From Longimicrobiales bacterium (GTDB lineage: Bacteria > Gemmatimonadota > Gemmatimonadetes > Longimicrobiales > Gaopeijiaceae): a DNA stretch of 64,000 bases. The DNA lies in the NCBI GenBank assembly GCA_965238005.1, contig OZ250165.1:4064001-4128000 (forward strand), in the 5' to 3' direction. Shown here in pieces: positions 48,626-59,204 of this stretch; within the stretch, counting starts at the first letter, position 1, and each line of letters opens with the position of its first letter. Below the pieces are notes generated by a model. It ran no database searches, was not told the origin of the DNA, and saw only the letters and a list, made by a program, of their open reading frames with translations. A program made the translations under genes and the position numbers.

Positions 48626-51031
48626 CTAGAAGCGGAGCCGGTAGCTGAGCTTCGCGAACAGGCCATCCGCCGTCGGCTGAACGTTCTCGAAACCGAAGCG
48701 GCGGGCGTCTTCCATCTCCCTCGTGTAGCCGAGGAAGAACCGCGTGCCCGGCGAGGGCTCATATGACAGGAGCACCTCGAAGACGATGCCGTTGTCGGCG
48801 GACCCTTCGAGGAGATCGCACCCGTCCTCGTCACACGATTCAAACGGGAGGCCCGTCTCGGGGTGCCCGAGGGCAGCCAGCTCCTGGCTGGAGTACTCCA
48901 CGATACCCCGCACGAAAAGCGCACGATTGAACTGATACTGCGCCTTGATCCGGGGGATGGTCGCGCGGGAGTAGCGGGACCCGTCCTGCTTACGGTTCAG
49001 CACCGAGTGTCGGACGCCGGCCTCCACGGAAAGGAAGCGCGTCGCGAGGAGCGTCAGGCTCACGTCCCCACCCCACCTGTCCACCACGTCCACAGGGGCC
49101 CCGGTGTCCCTGTAGAATATGGGCTCTTCCTTGAAGTTGGCGCTGATCCGGCCTCGCAGCCTATCCCATCCACTGGTAAAAATGAAGACATTGAAGCTAT
49201 TCAGCCCGCCGAACCGATCGTTATCGGGGAGGAACGGCTCCACCACACCGCCAGGCCGGGTGACGAGCCCCTCATAATCCTCGGCCGGAGAGTAGAACTC
49301 CGACCGGGTGCCCGTCACCCACACGCTGACGTTATTGCGCAGCGACAAGCTCATGGTGAGCCGGGCTGTGGCCTCTCTCCAGCGGTTCCCGTCCCAGAAG
49401 GCGTCGTGGTCCCAGTAGCCCTGCACATCCAGACTGGGTCCCCATCGCTCCACGAAATCCCCGCGTCCGCCGTACCAGTTGTAGGAGACCTGGGTCTGGG
49501 CGTGGGCCTCGGCCAAACGGCGAATGAACCCACTCTCCGGGCGGAACCCGGTGCTGAGGTCTTCGAAGAGGGCGCTGAAGGTCAGTCCCCGTCCCGCCCT
49601 CGTGAGTTGCGCATAGAACAAGCTGCCGGTGGAGGTCGCGCCGCCATCATCTCGGTCCCAGCTGGTGGCACCCTGAACCTGTAGAGTGTAGCGCCGGGCC
49701 AGTACGAAGCGTCCGTCCAAGCCCGTGACCCGGTTGAAGTCGTCGCTGTTCCTTGTCCGATCCGTGTAGATCGCTCCCACCGTGGACGCCGACCCGATGT
49801 CCTGACGCAGGCGGACCAGGTTCACGTACAGATTTCCTTCGTGGCCCGCCTGGTCGATGGCCCCCAGGTATCCGAGGTTGGCTCGGCCCACCTTGCCGGT
49901 GAGCTTCGCTCCGGTCATGGGATCGACGATGGTACGGGTGAAGACGAGCTGCCGGGGAAGTCCGAATATCTCGGTCCCCTCGAGGAAGAACGGGCGCTTC
50001 TCCGGGAAGAACAGGGCGAACCGCTCATTCACCGCGATCTGTCCGGCGTCCGCCTCCACCTGGCTGAAGTCCGGATTCACCGTGCCGTCCAGGGTGAGGT
50101 TCGACGTGATTCCGTACGTCATGTTGACGCCGAACTCCCCATTGGGATCGTCCCGGAAGAACTCGTCGTTCTCGTCGAGCGCGCCGTCTAGGCGTCCCGT
50201 GACGACGGGGTTGATCTCCATGAAGAGGCCCGGATCGAGATCCCGTAGCTCCAGGAGCTGGCCGGCCTCCAGGAGCTTGTTGGGCTGATTCGCGAAGCTA
50301 GGCGCCCACGACTGCTGGTAGCCGTGGCGTTGGATCCGGCGGGTCACCTGGATGCCCCACGACTGGACCGGGAGATCGGCGAACCGGACGCTCTTTAACG
50401 GGATCCTTATCTCAACCTCGTACCCCTGGTCGGTGAGGCGTCCCCCCGACTCCCAGATGAAGTCGGGATTGTCGTCGATGGGTGGCCGCCCGAACCCACC
50501 TCCTAAACCGCCGCCGCCCCCACGCCCGCCGCCGCGCCCTCCATGACCGCCGCTTCCACCCTCTAGCCAGATCCCGTCCTGTTGGACCCCGTACGGGTTC
50601 ACCGAGAAGGCGTACGCCCGTCGCTGGTCGTTGAACGTGTCCAGGACGACGCGGACGTAGTCGTTGGAGCGCGTGACCTGGTCGCGCTCCGTCATCGTCG
50701 CGCGGATTCCGTCCGGATCCGAGTCGAAGGCCTTGATGGCGAAGTAGACCGCGTCATCCGTCACGAAGACGCGCACCTCTGTGAGCTGCGAGGCGGGAAC
50801 GCTCTCCAACGGGTCGTATTGCGTGAAGCCCGTCAGGACCGGCGCGGCATCCCAGATGGACTCATCGATCCGGCCGTCCACGCGCACGTCCGGGTTCAAG
50901 AAGCGCGGCGTGACGATCTGGATCTGCCCCGCGGAGCCATCGTACTCCAGGGCGGCGGGGCGGGACGACACCGTGTCGGCCGGTGCCGGTGCGGCGCTGA
51001 GTTGTAGGATGGCAAACAGTACTGGGATCAT
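48626..51031 (-). CDS. CBM9-like + DUF5916 putative outer-membrane protein
   Basis: DGRIDE..W, TEVR, NPYGVQQD, NPDFSQVEAD, EKRPFFLEG, terminal Phe. Confidence 0.88.
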   Translation of the reverse strand: MIPVLFAILQLSAAPAPADTVSSRPAALEYDGSAGQIQIVTPRFLNPDVRVDGRIDESIWDAAPVLTGFTQYDPLESVPASQLTEVRVFVTDDAVYFAIKAFDSDPDGIRATMTERDQVTRSNDYVRVVLDTFNDQRRAYAFSVNPYGVQQDGIWLEGGSGGHGGRGGGRGGGGGLGGGFGRPPIDDNPDFIWESGGRLTDQGYEVEIRIPLKSVRFADLPVQSWGIQVTRRIQRHGYQQSWAPSFANQPNKLLEAGQLLELRDLDPGLFMEINPVVTGRLDGALDENDEFFRDDPNGEFGVNMTYGITSNLTLDGTVNPDFSQVEADAGQIAVNERFALFFPEKRPFFLEGTEIFGLPRQLVFTRTIVDPMTGAKLTGKVGRANLGYLGAIDQAGHEGNLYVNLVRLRQDIGSASTVGAIYTDRTRNSDDFNRVTGLDGRFVLARRYTLQVQGATSWDRDDGGATSTGSLFYAQLTRAGRGLTFSALFEDLSTGFRPESGFIRRLAEAHAQTQVSYNWYGGRGDFVERWGPSLDVQGYWDHDAFWDGNRWREATARLTMSLSLRNNVSVWVTGTRSEFYSPAEDYEGLVTRPGGVVEPFLPDNDRFGGLNSFNVFIFTSGWDRLRGRISANFKEEPIFYRDTGAPVDVVDRWGGDVSLTLLATRFLSVEAGVRHSVLNRKQDGSRYSRATIPRIKAQYQFNRALFVRGIVEYSSQELAALGHPETGLPFESCDEDGCDLLEGSADNGIVFEVLLSYEPSPGTRFFLGYTREMEDARRFGFENVQPTADGLFAKLSYRLRF

Positions 51032-51274
51032 CTGGCTTCGCTGCAGGCTGGACGCTGAGCCCGTCTAAATGACACTTGAGCCTTGTAGTATATCGAATGA
51101 GTGGCGCCAAGTGTGGACTCTGCGCCCGAGGCACCTCCAGCCACCACGTCATAGAGGACACGCTCCTGCCACAGACAGTTGAGAGCGGCCCTTGCGCCCA
51201 TCGCATGCCCGAGCCGCATATTCGCCTGGCCGCATGTCGGGACCTGCGCTTCAGTCTGTCGAAACCATGGGGAG

Positions 51275-51484
51275 ATGAGTCACGACTTCGAGCCGCCTGA
51301 GCGCGCTCATATCCAGGCCGCCTTGGCGGCAGGCGAGATTCCGACGTGCCCCTGTTGCTCCGGGCGTCTCGATCGCACGGAGATACGCCCGCGGGATGAT
51401 GTGTCGTACGTGCGACGCCGGGTCTGGCTGATGTGCGGGCCGTGCGACAAGAGCCTCGTGCTGGACCAACCAAAAGCGACCTAG
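51275..51484 (+). CDS. Small zinc-ribbon protein
   Basis: CPCC...CGPC; GGGGAG RBS; TAG stop lies within the CTAG end of the repeat. Confidence 0.65.
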   Translation: MSHDFEPPERAHIQAALAAGEIPTCPCCSGRLDRTEIRPRDDVSYVRRRVWLMCGPCDKSLVLDQPKAT

Positions 51485-51667
51485 AGTTCCGTCTCCGAAG
51501 TTCGCGAGCCCCACTAGAGGGTCGGGGCGCCGTGGGATCAAGGCGGGACGACCCGGCGTAGCGCAAGCGGGCACCGCGCGAAGCGTGGTCGCAAGGAGTT
51601 CCAACGCCGAGCCCACGGATGCATCGTGCCCTCGACTGGCCGAGACACTTTGGTCACGGGACACTAG
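51481..51667. mobile_element. MITE-like non-autonomous repeat, copy 2 (187 bp including both CTAG)
   Basis: CTAGAGTTCCGTCTCCGAA...TTTGGTCACGGGACACTAG; shares GGGGCGCCGTGGGATCAAGGCGGGACGAC and GTGCCCTCGACTGGCCGAGA with copy 1. Confidence 0.8.
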
Positions 51668-52213
51668 AGGCCTCCACAGCGTGCGACCCGAGGTCCGCCG
51701 ATGGCCGACACCTGCCGCAGCCCCCTTGCCGACCATGGCGTCCGTGTCGGCCCTTGCCCTCATTCTGGCCATCGCCGTCTCCACACCCGTGGCCGGCCAG
51801 ACACGCGAGCATGGCCCCATCATTCCGCAGCTTCCGGCAAGCACCAGCGTCATGGCCGTGGGTGGGGCGTTCCAGCTCACCGCCCACTCGTTCTCGCCGC
51901 CCGCCGTCAGGGCTCCGGAGCGATCCTCACCGACGTGAAGGCCGCATCCAAGAACGAGATCCCCACGTCGTCCACCAGGACGGTTCCGACCTCGCTCAAG
52001 TCGAACACCAGCCGGGTCTCCTTGAGACTTCGGAGGTCCAAGGCGCCGGCCGGATCGGCAATTCCGAGCACTGGCCAACGGAAGGCTGGACCCAGGCACC
52101 GCGATTAGGAATGTTCCAGATCACGCTCGGGAGTCTCGCTTGCTCCCGACCACGCGCTCAACGCCGGAGGGGTGCCCACGAACACCCCCCGCCTTCAGCA
52201 ACCAGATGAGTCC

Positions 52214-52699
52214 ATGCCGAATCGAATCGCACACGTCACTACCAATCAGGGGGAGTTCAAGGTCGAGCTCTTCGAGGAGCGGGCGCCCGGAACGACGAAG
52301 AACTTCATCGACCTCGTGGGGAAGGGGTACTACGACGGCATCGTCTTCCACCGCGTCATCGCCGGCTTCATGATCCAGGGCGGCTGTCCTTCGGGAAACG
52401 GCACGGGTGGCCCAGGCTACACGATCTCCGACGAGTTCCATCCCGAGCTCCGCCACGACTCCGAAGGCATGCTTTCCATGGCGAATTCGGGGCCCAACAC
52501 CGGGGGCTCCCAGTTCTTCGTGACTTTGGCTCCCACCGCCTGGCTCGATGGGAAGCATGCGATCTTCGGCAAGGTCGTCGAAGGCATGGAGACGGTTCGG
52601 ACCATCGGGAGCACCGCGACGGGTCCCAGAGACCGGCCCCTCCAGGAAGTGGTCATGGAGAAGGTCGAGATCCTGAATCCGGGCCAGCCCTCGGAGTGA
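52214..52699 (+). CDS. Cyclophilin-type peptidyl-prolyl isomerase
   Basis: FHRVI.GFMIQGG, SMANSGPNT.GSQFF, WLDGKH.IFG. Confidence 0.95.
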   Translation: MPNRIAHVTTNQGEFKVELFEERAPGTTKNFIDLVGKGYYDGIVFHRVIAGFMIQGGCPSGNGTGGPGYTISDEFHPELRHDSEGMLSMANSGPNTGGSQFFVTLAPTAWLDGKHAIFGKVVEGMETVRTIGSTATGPRDRPLQEVVMEKVEILNPGQPSE

Positions 52700-52744
52700 C
52701 CAGCATCATTACGGTTTGCCGGCCGGGGCGGAGCTTCCGACGCC

Positions 52745-54580
52745 TCATCGATACCCTGCCGCCTGGAGGGTGAAGAGCTCGGCGTAACGGCCCTCCAGAG
52801 CCAGGAGCTCCTCGTGGGTCCCGTCCTTAGTAACGCCCCCGTTCTCGAGGACAACGATGCGGTCCGCCATGCGAACCGTGGAGAAGCGATGGGAGATGAG
52901 GACCGCCATCCTCCCCCGGGTCAGCTCGGCGAATCGTTCGAACACATGGTACTCGGCTCTGGCGTCCAATGCGGCCGTAGGCTCGTCGAGGATCAGCACC
53001 TGGGCGTCACGCATGTAGGCGCGAGCGAGTCCCACTTTCTGCCACTCACCACCGGAGAGGTTCGCGCCACCCTCGAACCGCCGGCCTAGCATATGATCGA
53101 AGCCGCCCTCGAGCTCGGACACCACGGTGTCGGCCAGGCTCTTCTGGGCCGCCTCGACGATGCGATGCTGGTTGTCGAGGCCCTCGATCTGTCCCACCGC
53201 GATGTTCTCGCGCATGATGAGGTCATAGCGGACAAAGTCCTGGAAGATGACGCCGATAGTGCGCCGCAGCTCCCCCACGTCGTACTCCTTCAGGTCCACT
53301 CCATCAAGCAGGATCCGTCCCTCGTCGGGGTCGTAGAGTCGCGCCAGAAGCTTCACGAGCGTGGTCTTCCCCGCACCGTTCTCTCCCACGAGAGCGACAC
53401 GCTCCCCGGCAGCGATGTCTAGTGAGACGCCGCGGATGGCCCACTTGTCGCTGTCGGGGTAGCGGAACCCGACGTTCTCGAAGACGATGCCGTCTCTGAT
53501 GGGCCGAGGCAGAGGCACGGCATCCGCCGGGCTCGGAGCCGCAGGCTTCGTCTCCAGGAAGATGAAGAGATCCCTGAGGAACAGGCTCTGCTCGTAGACG
53601 TCGGCGGACCGCAGGAGGATACCGCTGATCAGAGCCCTGCTCCGCTGGAAGGACCCCACCAGAAACGTGAGGTCTCCGAGCGTGAGAATCCCACGGACGG
53701 TGTCCACGATGATGAACACGTTGGCAGCGTAGTACCCGAGGGTCGACACCGCGGTAAGCCCTCCGGAACTGGCCGCCCGCTTGGTGGAGAGGGCCTTGTT
53801 GGCTTCATAGAACTCGTCCGCAAGCCGTTCGTACTTCCGGGTGAAGTAGGCGGAGAGCCCGAAGAGCTTCACCTCCTTCGCCGTCACGTTGCTCGTGGCC
53901 ACGTACCGGAGGTAGTCCAGCTCTCTTCGCTCCGGAGTCCACTTGAAGAGCAGTGAGTACGAAAGGCCGGCGAAGTGGGTCTCGCCGATGAACGACGGCA
54001 GGACGGCCAGGACGAGGAGCAGCAGGAGCCACCCGTTGAACGCCACCAGGGCCACGAGAAGCGATGCCAGCGTCAGGGCGTTCTGACCGATGCCGAGAAG
54101 GAGCGCCACCAGTCCGATCCTGCCTACAGTCTGGCGTCGGGCCCTCTCGAGGGAGTCATAGAACTGGGGATCCTCGAAGTTCTCCAGATCCAGTGTCGCG
54201 GCGTGCTCCATGATCCGGACGGAGAGTCGATTGCCGAAGAGATCGGCCAGGAGGCTCTCCAGGAGGTTCGAGGCCCTCTGGAAGAGGTCGGAGACCAGGG
54301 CGACGGCCAGCTCCAGCGCCACCAGGCGCATGATGCCAGCCCAATCGGGCTCCGTGGCTCCGATGTTGGCCACGACCGCGTCGATGATGAGCTTGCCGAT
54401 CCAAAGCTGCACGACCGGCGAGAAGGCCAGCACCAACCGCAGTGACACGATGGTGGTGGAGTAGTACGGCTGGGCCCGCCACACCATGCGCAGAAAGCGT
54501 GGCACCAGGCGGAGCGCCACCAGGCGCTCCTTGAAGGGCGGAAGATCGACGGAACGGCGCCGTCCAAGACCAGGGGGCAC
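52745..54580 (-). CDS. ABC exporter ATP-binding/permease
   Basis: GENGAGKT, LSGGEWQK, DEPTAALD, SHRFSTV. Confidence 0.92.
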   Translation of the reverse strand: MPPGLGRRRSVDLPPFKERLVALRLVPRFLRMVWRAQPYYSTTIVSLRLVLAFSPVVQLWIGKLIIDAVVANIGATEPDWAGIMRLVALELAVALVSDLFQRASNLLESLLADLFGNRLSVRIMEHAATLDLENFEDPQFYDSLERARRQTVGRIGLVALLLGIGQNALTLASLLVALVAFNGWLLLLLVLAVLPSFIGETHFAGLSYSLLFKWTPERRELDYLRYVATSNVTAKEVKLFGLSAYFTRKYERLADEFYEANKALSTKRAASSGGLTAVSTLGYYAANVFIIVDTVRGILTLGDLTFLVGSFQRSRALISGILLRSADVYEQSLFLRDLFIFLETKPAAPSPADAVPLPRPIRDGIVFENVGFRYPDSDKWAIRGVSLDIAAGERVALVGENGAGKTTLVKLLARLYDPDEGRILLDGVDLKEYDVGELRRTIGVIFQDFVRYDLIMRENIAVGQIEGLDNQHRIVEAAQKSLADTVVSELEGGFDHMLGRRFEGGANLSGGEWQKVGLARAYMRDAQVLILDEPTAALDARAEYHVFERFAELTRGRMAVLISHRFSTVRMADRIVVLENGGVTKDGTHEELLALEGRYAELFTLQAAGYR

Positions 54581-54609
54581 CGGCTACGCGCTCCGGAGAT
54601 CGGCGGGGA

Positions 54610-55113
54610 TCAACCCTCGTCGTCTGCCGGGACCCTGCTGCCGAACTCCCGATCCAGCATGAGGAGCACGGCCTGGTCGTCGCCGGCCATGCGCACCTGA
54701 TCCCGGGCGGTCGATGCGCTGTCCTCTTCCTCGACCTGCTCCGCGATGAACCACTGGAGCTCTTGCTGGGCCGCCCAATCCCCCTCCTCTCCCGCGAGCT
54801 CGAAGAGGCGATGGATCATGCCCGTCACCTTCTGCTCGTGCTCCAACACACTCTCGAAGATATCCACGACTAGTCCGAACTCCGTCTGTGGCGCGTCGAT
54901 GGCCTGGAGCTCGACCCGTCCGCCACGGCGAAGCACATGGTCGTAGAGCCGCAGGGCGTGGGCCAGCTCCTCCTGAGCCTGCATTTTCATCCAGTGCGCG
55001 AAGCCCGGAAAGTTGTCGGCTTCGAAGTGGGCGGACATGGACAGATACAGATATCCCGAAGACAGCTCGTCCTTGATCTGCTCGTTGAATGCGGCCTGGA
55101 CCTTGTCGTTCAT
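54610..55113 (-). CDS. ftnA: Ferritin
   Basis: E..S.Y.Y, QAQEELAH, EHEQKVT, LQWFIAEQVEEE. Confidence 0.93.
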   Translation of the reverse strand: MNDKVQAAFNEQIKDELSSGYLYLSMSAHFEADNFPGFAHWMKMQAQEELAHALRLYDHVLRRGGRVELQAIDAPQTEFGLVVDIFESVLEHEQKVTGMIHRLFELAGEEGDWAAQQELQWFIAEQVEEEDSASTARDQVRMAGDDQAVLLMLDREFGSRVPADDEG

Positions 55114-55270
55114 TGAGACCCCTGACTGGCTGAGAGTCTGGCCGCCGGCCTACGAGGCGACGGCCCGGAGGAGCGGCTCACAATACCCCCGAGCCATGGA
55201 GAAGTGCAGCGACACCCCGAGGACCGAAATCAGCCCTGTGGGGACTCGTCCCCGCCCCGGGTGATCTGCT

Positions 55271-55642
55271 CGTCAGCATCTAGCCGAGAGTTGCCCTGCC
55301 CAGGATCCCAATATGGGCGCCATGCTTTTGAATCACCTGAGCCGACCAAGCGTCAGGCAGCACGGGTTGGAGATCAAGGGTGAGGCCGTCGTCCACGGTG
55401 AGCACACCATGTACTTCATCGTGGAAGCTGGTGACGAGGAACGCCTGCGCGAGTTCATGCAGCCGTTCTAACAGGCCGGCAGCCTGGACATCTACCTAGC
55501 CACGACCTGCGTCGGCGTGGTCGCCAGCGGCGGATGCACTGCGGCGATGCCTCTGAGTGAGCTCGGGCCGACGCTGGATCCAGAAGACGCCTGCCAGGAT
55601 GCCATTGACGCCCGGCTGGTTGTCCAGTGCGACGTGAGCTGA
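55271..55642 (+). pseudogene. Remnant resembling the N-terminal region of a sulfite-oxidase-family fusion protein
   Basis: Protein-like frame QHLAESCPAQDPNMGAMLLNHL..EH.MY.IVEA with in-frame TAA at 55469; family from recollection only. Confidence 0.45.
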
Positions 55643-56116
55643 TGCACACAGGACCTGCCTGATCTAGTCTGTTGGGTATCGAAGGGATCACCCCACGTCT
55701 TCTTGCTCGGCTTGCGGTGATACCTGGGAGAGGGTGTGATCGATGATCAGGGAGAGGTATGCGATCGACCCAGTCAAAGGTGGATTCGTACGCCGGAAGA
55801 TCCGAGCCGTCGTACGTCAGCTTGAGGTGGGAAGCGGTAACTACGAGTGGCGGCCAGACGATGCCCACGTGCTCGTGGGAAGTCCCTTGCTGGTTACTCG
55901 TCAGGCGGACGCGGGCTGATCCGTAATCGGCCGTCGTGACAGACCGTCACCCAGGTTGGATCGTCTGCTTACAGGGTTATGCCACCACCAGGGTCTCTCT
56001 TCCGAAGCTCGTGCAAGATCGAATCGGCGCGGGCGAGACGTGCTTCAGCTTCGGCCTCATCTAGTTCTGCTGGACGAACCAGCCCACGAGAGTGGGCAGA
56101 AGAGCGCCACTCAAGC

Positions 56117-56245
56117 TCACCCTGCGATCGTGTTCCAGTTCTTGGCGAGGTGATCAGCCGTCCGCCACGCCAGCGCCTGCGCGGTGAGCGTTGGGTTGTG
56201 CGCGCCGCTCGTGCCCATGACCGAGGCCCCCAGTTGGGCGGCTAG
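56117..56245 (-). pseudogene. C-terminal fragment of a GMC oxidoreductase
   Basis: GASVMGTSGAHNPTLTAQALAWRTADHL. Confidence 0.7.
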
Positions 56246-56355
56246 ACGTGTTGTGTGTGCAAGATCCGCAGCCTAACACGTCCCTCATCTACGCAGGGCA
56301 GAAAACGCTCGGTCGGGTTCGATGCCCGCCGATTCTCGATACAGAGGTGACTCCG

Positions 56356-57813
56356 ATGCGAAAACTACTCGCCGTGGCCGCGACTATCACGGTGGTGACA
56401 GTGCCTTCCGGCACCGAGCCCGCCGCGACCGAGTCGACGCCGCTCACCCAAGAATCTCCGACGCTCCGCTCCACGTCCGCTCAGCGTGACGCGGTGGCGA
56501 TCACCGTGTACAACCAGAACTTCGGGCTCGTGCGCGAGATCCGGACACTCGACCTCTCTTCAGGTCGCATCGCCCTGGAGTACGGCGACGTCGCGTCCGC
56601 TATCCAGCCCGAAACGGTCCACATCCGCCCGATCAGCGGGGGTCGGCTGCAGGTGCTCGAGCAGAACTATCAATTCGACCTGCTGAGCCCGCAGAAGCTC
56701 CTCGAGAAGTACGTCGGCCGGACCGTGAACGTGTATCGGACCAATCCGCAGACCGGCGTGGACGAGGCGGTCGAGGCGGAGGTCGTGTCGGTGAACGGCG
56801 GTACGATCCTGAGGATCGGCGGTGAGATCACGTTCAACTACCCCGGGCGCTTCGGCTTCCCCGAGGTTCCCGACAACCTCATTGCGGAGCCGACGCTGCT
56901 GTGGCGGCTGGACGCAACGGGTGGCCAACAGCAGGTCGAGGTCTCGTACCTCACCAACGGCTTGAATTGGAAGTCTGACTACGTCATGGTCCTCGACGAG
57001 GACAACGGGGCGGCGGCCCTCACGGGCTGGGTGACGCTCACGAACCAGAGCGGGACGGCGTACAAAAGCGCACGGCTCCAACTGGTCGCGGGCGACGTGC
57101 AGCGCGTGCAAGGCAACATGAGGCCAGAGCTCCGATCGCGGATGATGGCGGACGCGATAGCGGAGCGGGACGGCGCGGGCTTTACAGAGAACGCCTTCTT
57201 CGAGTACCACCTTTATACGCTCGGTCGCCCCGCGGACCTGATGAACAACGAACAGAAGCAGGTCACGCTCCTGGAGTCCGGCGACTTCGGCGTCGAGAAG
57301 AAGCTCATCTTCCACGGCGCAATGCACTACTACCGGGGTCAATACGGCCAGGTCACGTCGAACCAGAAGGTCGGCGTCTTCCTCGACTTCGAGAACAGCG
57401 TGCGGAACGGCCTCGGTATGCCGCTTCCGAAGGGCGTCGTGCGCGTCTACAAGCGCGACCACGCGGGTGCCCTGCAGTTCGTCGGCGAGGACCTGATCGA
57501 TCACACGCCGCGCGACGAGGAATTGCGCATCAAGATGGGAGAGGCCTTCGACGTCGTCGGTGACCGCCGCCAGATGGAATACACGGTGATTTCGGGCTGC
57601 GTCTCCGAGAGCACGTGGCAGATCGATCTGAGGAACCACAAAGACGAAGACGTCGAGGTCATGCTTGTCGAGCCCGTAGGCGGCGACTGGCAGATCCTGT
57701 CGTCGACGCATCCGTTCGAGCAGATCGATGCGTGGACGTTCACGCTGACGCCCGAGGTCGAGGCGAACGGCGAAACGCGCGTCGAGTACCGCGTTCGTGT
57801 GCGGTGGTGCTGA
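56356..57813 (+). CDS. DUF4139 domain exported protein
   Basis: ITVYNQNFGLVRE.R, EQNY.FDL, YLT.GL.W..DY, FEYHLY, GMPLP.G.VR. Confidence 0.88.
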   Translation: MRKLLAVAATITVVTVPSGTEPAATESTPLTQESPTLRSTSAQRDAVAITVYNQNFGLVREIRTLDLSSGRIALEYGDVASAIQPETVHIRPISGGRLQVLEQNYQFDLLSPQKLLEKYVGRTVNVYRTNPQTGVDEAVEAEVVSVNGGTILRIGGEITFNYPGRFGFPEVPDNLIAEPTLLWRLDATGGQQQVEVSYLTNGLNWKSDYVMVLDEDNGAAALTGWVTLTNQSGTAYKSARLQLVAGDVQRVQGNMRPELRSRMMADAIAERDGAGFTENAFFEYHLYTLGRPADLMNNEQKQVTLLESGDFGVEKKLIFHGAMHYYRGQYGQVTSNQKVGVFLDFENSVRNGLGMPLPKGVVRVYKRDHAGALQFVGEDLIDHTPRDEELRIKMGEAFDVVGDRRQMEYTVISGCVSESTWQIDLRNHKDEDVEVMLVEPVGGDWQILSSTHPFEQIDAWTFTLTPEVEANGETRVEYRVRVRWC

Positions 57814-58035
57814 GTCGTGCGTTATTCCCATTCGAGCATCGCGAATGTCTGAGCGCACGCTTGATCGTCGAGCGCTGGCACGAGAATCCCTGGTTGACCG
57901 GTCTGGTCCCCACCCCCACGTTATCGCGACCCGTCAAAGGGCCTTTGTTTGCCCGACGAAGCTAGCTTCGTCGCTGATCTTCGCGATTCAACGATGAACG
58001 GAGCCAGCAACTACATGATGGCGAGCGATTTAGTG

Positions 58036-58749
58036 ATGGATAGGGTGAAGGGAACGAGAGGGTTCGTGGCCGTGCTGGTCCTGTTGACGCTGGCGGCGTG
58101 TAGCGGCGGGGAAACGTGTAGCGAAGGGGACACCGGTGAGGCCACGGAAGGGGCTCCTGACCCCTGCAACCCCCTCATGTACCCCACCCGGGACGTCATG
58201 AACGAGACGGCTCCCGACGTCTACCAGGCCCGCTTCGAGACCAGCAAGGGCGCCTTCGTCATCGAGGTGACCCGTGCGTGGTCCCCGCTGGGTTCCGACC
58301 GCTTCTACAACCTCGTCAACAACGGGTATTTCGACGGAGTCCATTTCTTCCGGGTGCTCGACGGCTTCATGGCCCAGTTCGGCCTCCACGGAGATCCTTA
58401 CGTGTCGGCTGCGTGGCGGAATCACCCGATCCAGGACGATCCCGTCACCCAGAGCAACCTGCGTGGCACCGTGACCTTCGCCACGGCAGGGCCCGACACG
58501 CGCACCACCCAGGTGTTCATCAACTTCGGCGACAACGCCAGCCTGGACAGACAGGGCTTCTCGCCCTTCGGCCAGGTCGTTGAGGGCATGGACGTCGTGG
58601 ACCAGCTCCACGCGGGGTACGGTGAATCTGCTCCTAGCGGCACCGGGCCGCTCCAGCAGAACATCCTGGCCAGGGGCAACGACTACCTGGACGAAGGCTT
58701 CCCGGATTTGGACCACGTAGAGCGGGCGACGATCGTCACGGGGGGATGA
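58036..58749 (+). CDS. Cyclophilin-type PPIase lipoprotein
   Basis: LAAC lipobox; FFRV..GFMAQFG, FATAGP..RTTQ.FIN; start uncertain. Confidence 0.9.
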   Translation: MDRVKGTRGFVAVLVLLTLAACSGGETCSEGDTGEATEGAPDPCNPLMYPTRDVMNETAPDVYQARFETSKGAFVIEVTRAWSPLGSDRFYNLVNNGYFDGVHFFRVLDGFMAQFGLHGDPYVSAAWRNHPIQDDPVTQSNLRGTVTFATAGPDTRTTQVFINFGDNASLDRQGFSPFGQVVEGMDVVDQLHAGYGESAPSGTGPLQQNILARGNDYLDEGFPDLDHVERATIVTGG

Positions 58750-58999
58750 CCGCAGGGTTCGTCCCGGCCGTCCAGGCGGCGTTGTCCGCACACGCCGTTC
58801 CCTCCCGCAAGGACTGGTGGGAGCGATACCTCAAGCCCAGCCGGCTTTGCCCGAGGAGTCCTTGGATCGCTATTGACGCCGGTCGGGCTCGCCTTGACCC
58901 ATTGTGACCGGAATGTGTCCCGGAGGGCGGCGAAAGGCGGCGGAGACACAGTTTGAGGCGGCGGAATTGAAACGAGGAATGGCTTAAGTAGGCGAACTT

Positions 59000-59204
59000 C
59001 GCCGGATAGGCGCTGTGCGTGGACTGTATCGTGGAGAGGACCAGATGACCGGTCACTGCTGCTGCCATGGCGATCACCGCCGTCTCGCGGTCACGGAGCT
59101 CTCCGATCATCACGATGTCAGGGTCCTGCCGAAGAATCGCCCGTAGGGCAGCGGGAAACCAACGCCCTCGGTCCTCCCGGATAGCTCCCGGAGATGCGAT
59201 TCAT
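59000..59204 (-). pseudogene. GspE/PilB secretion ATPase fragment
   Basis: [43 protein letters not shown] and ATG at 59204 joined out of frame. Confidence 0.8.

Noticed and set aside
51028..51219. GHAMG-containing ORF as an alpha/beta hydrolase remnant
   Set aside because: Single weak motif, insufficient support
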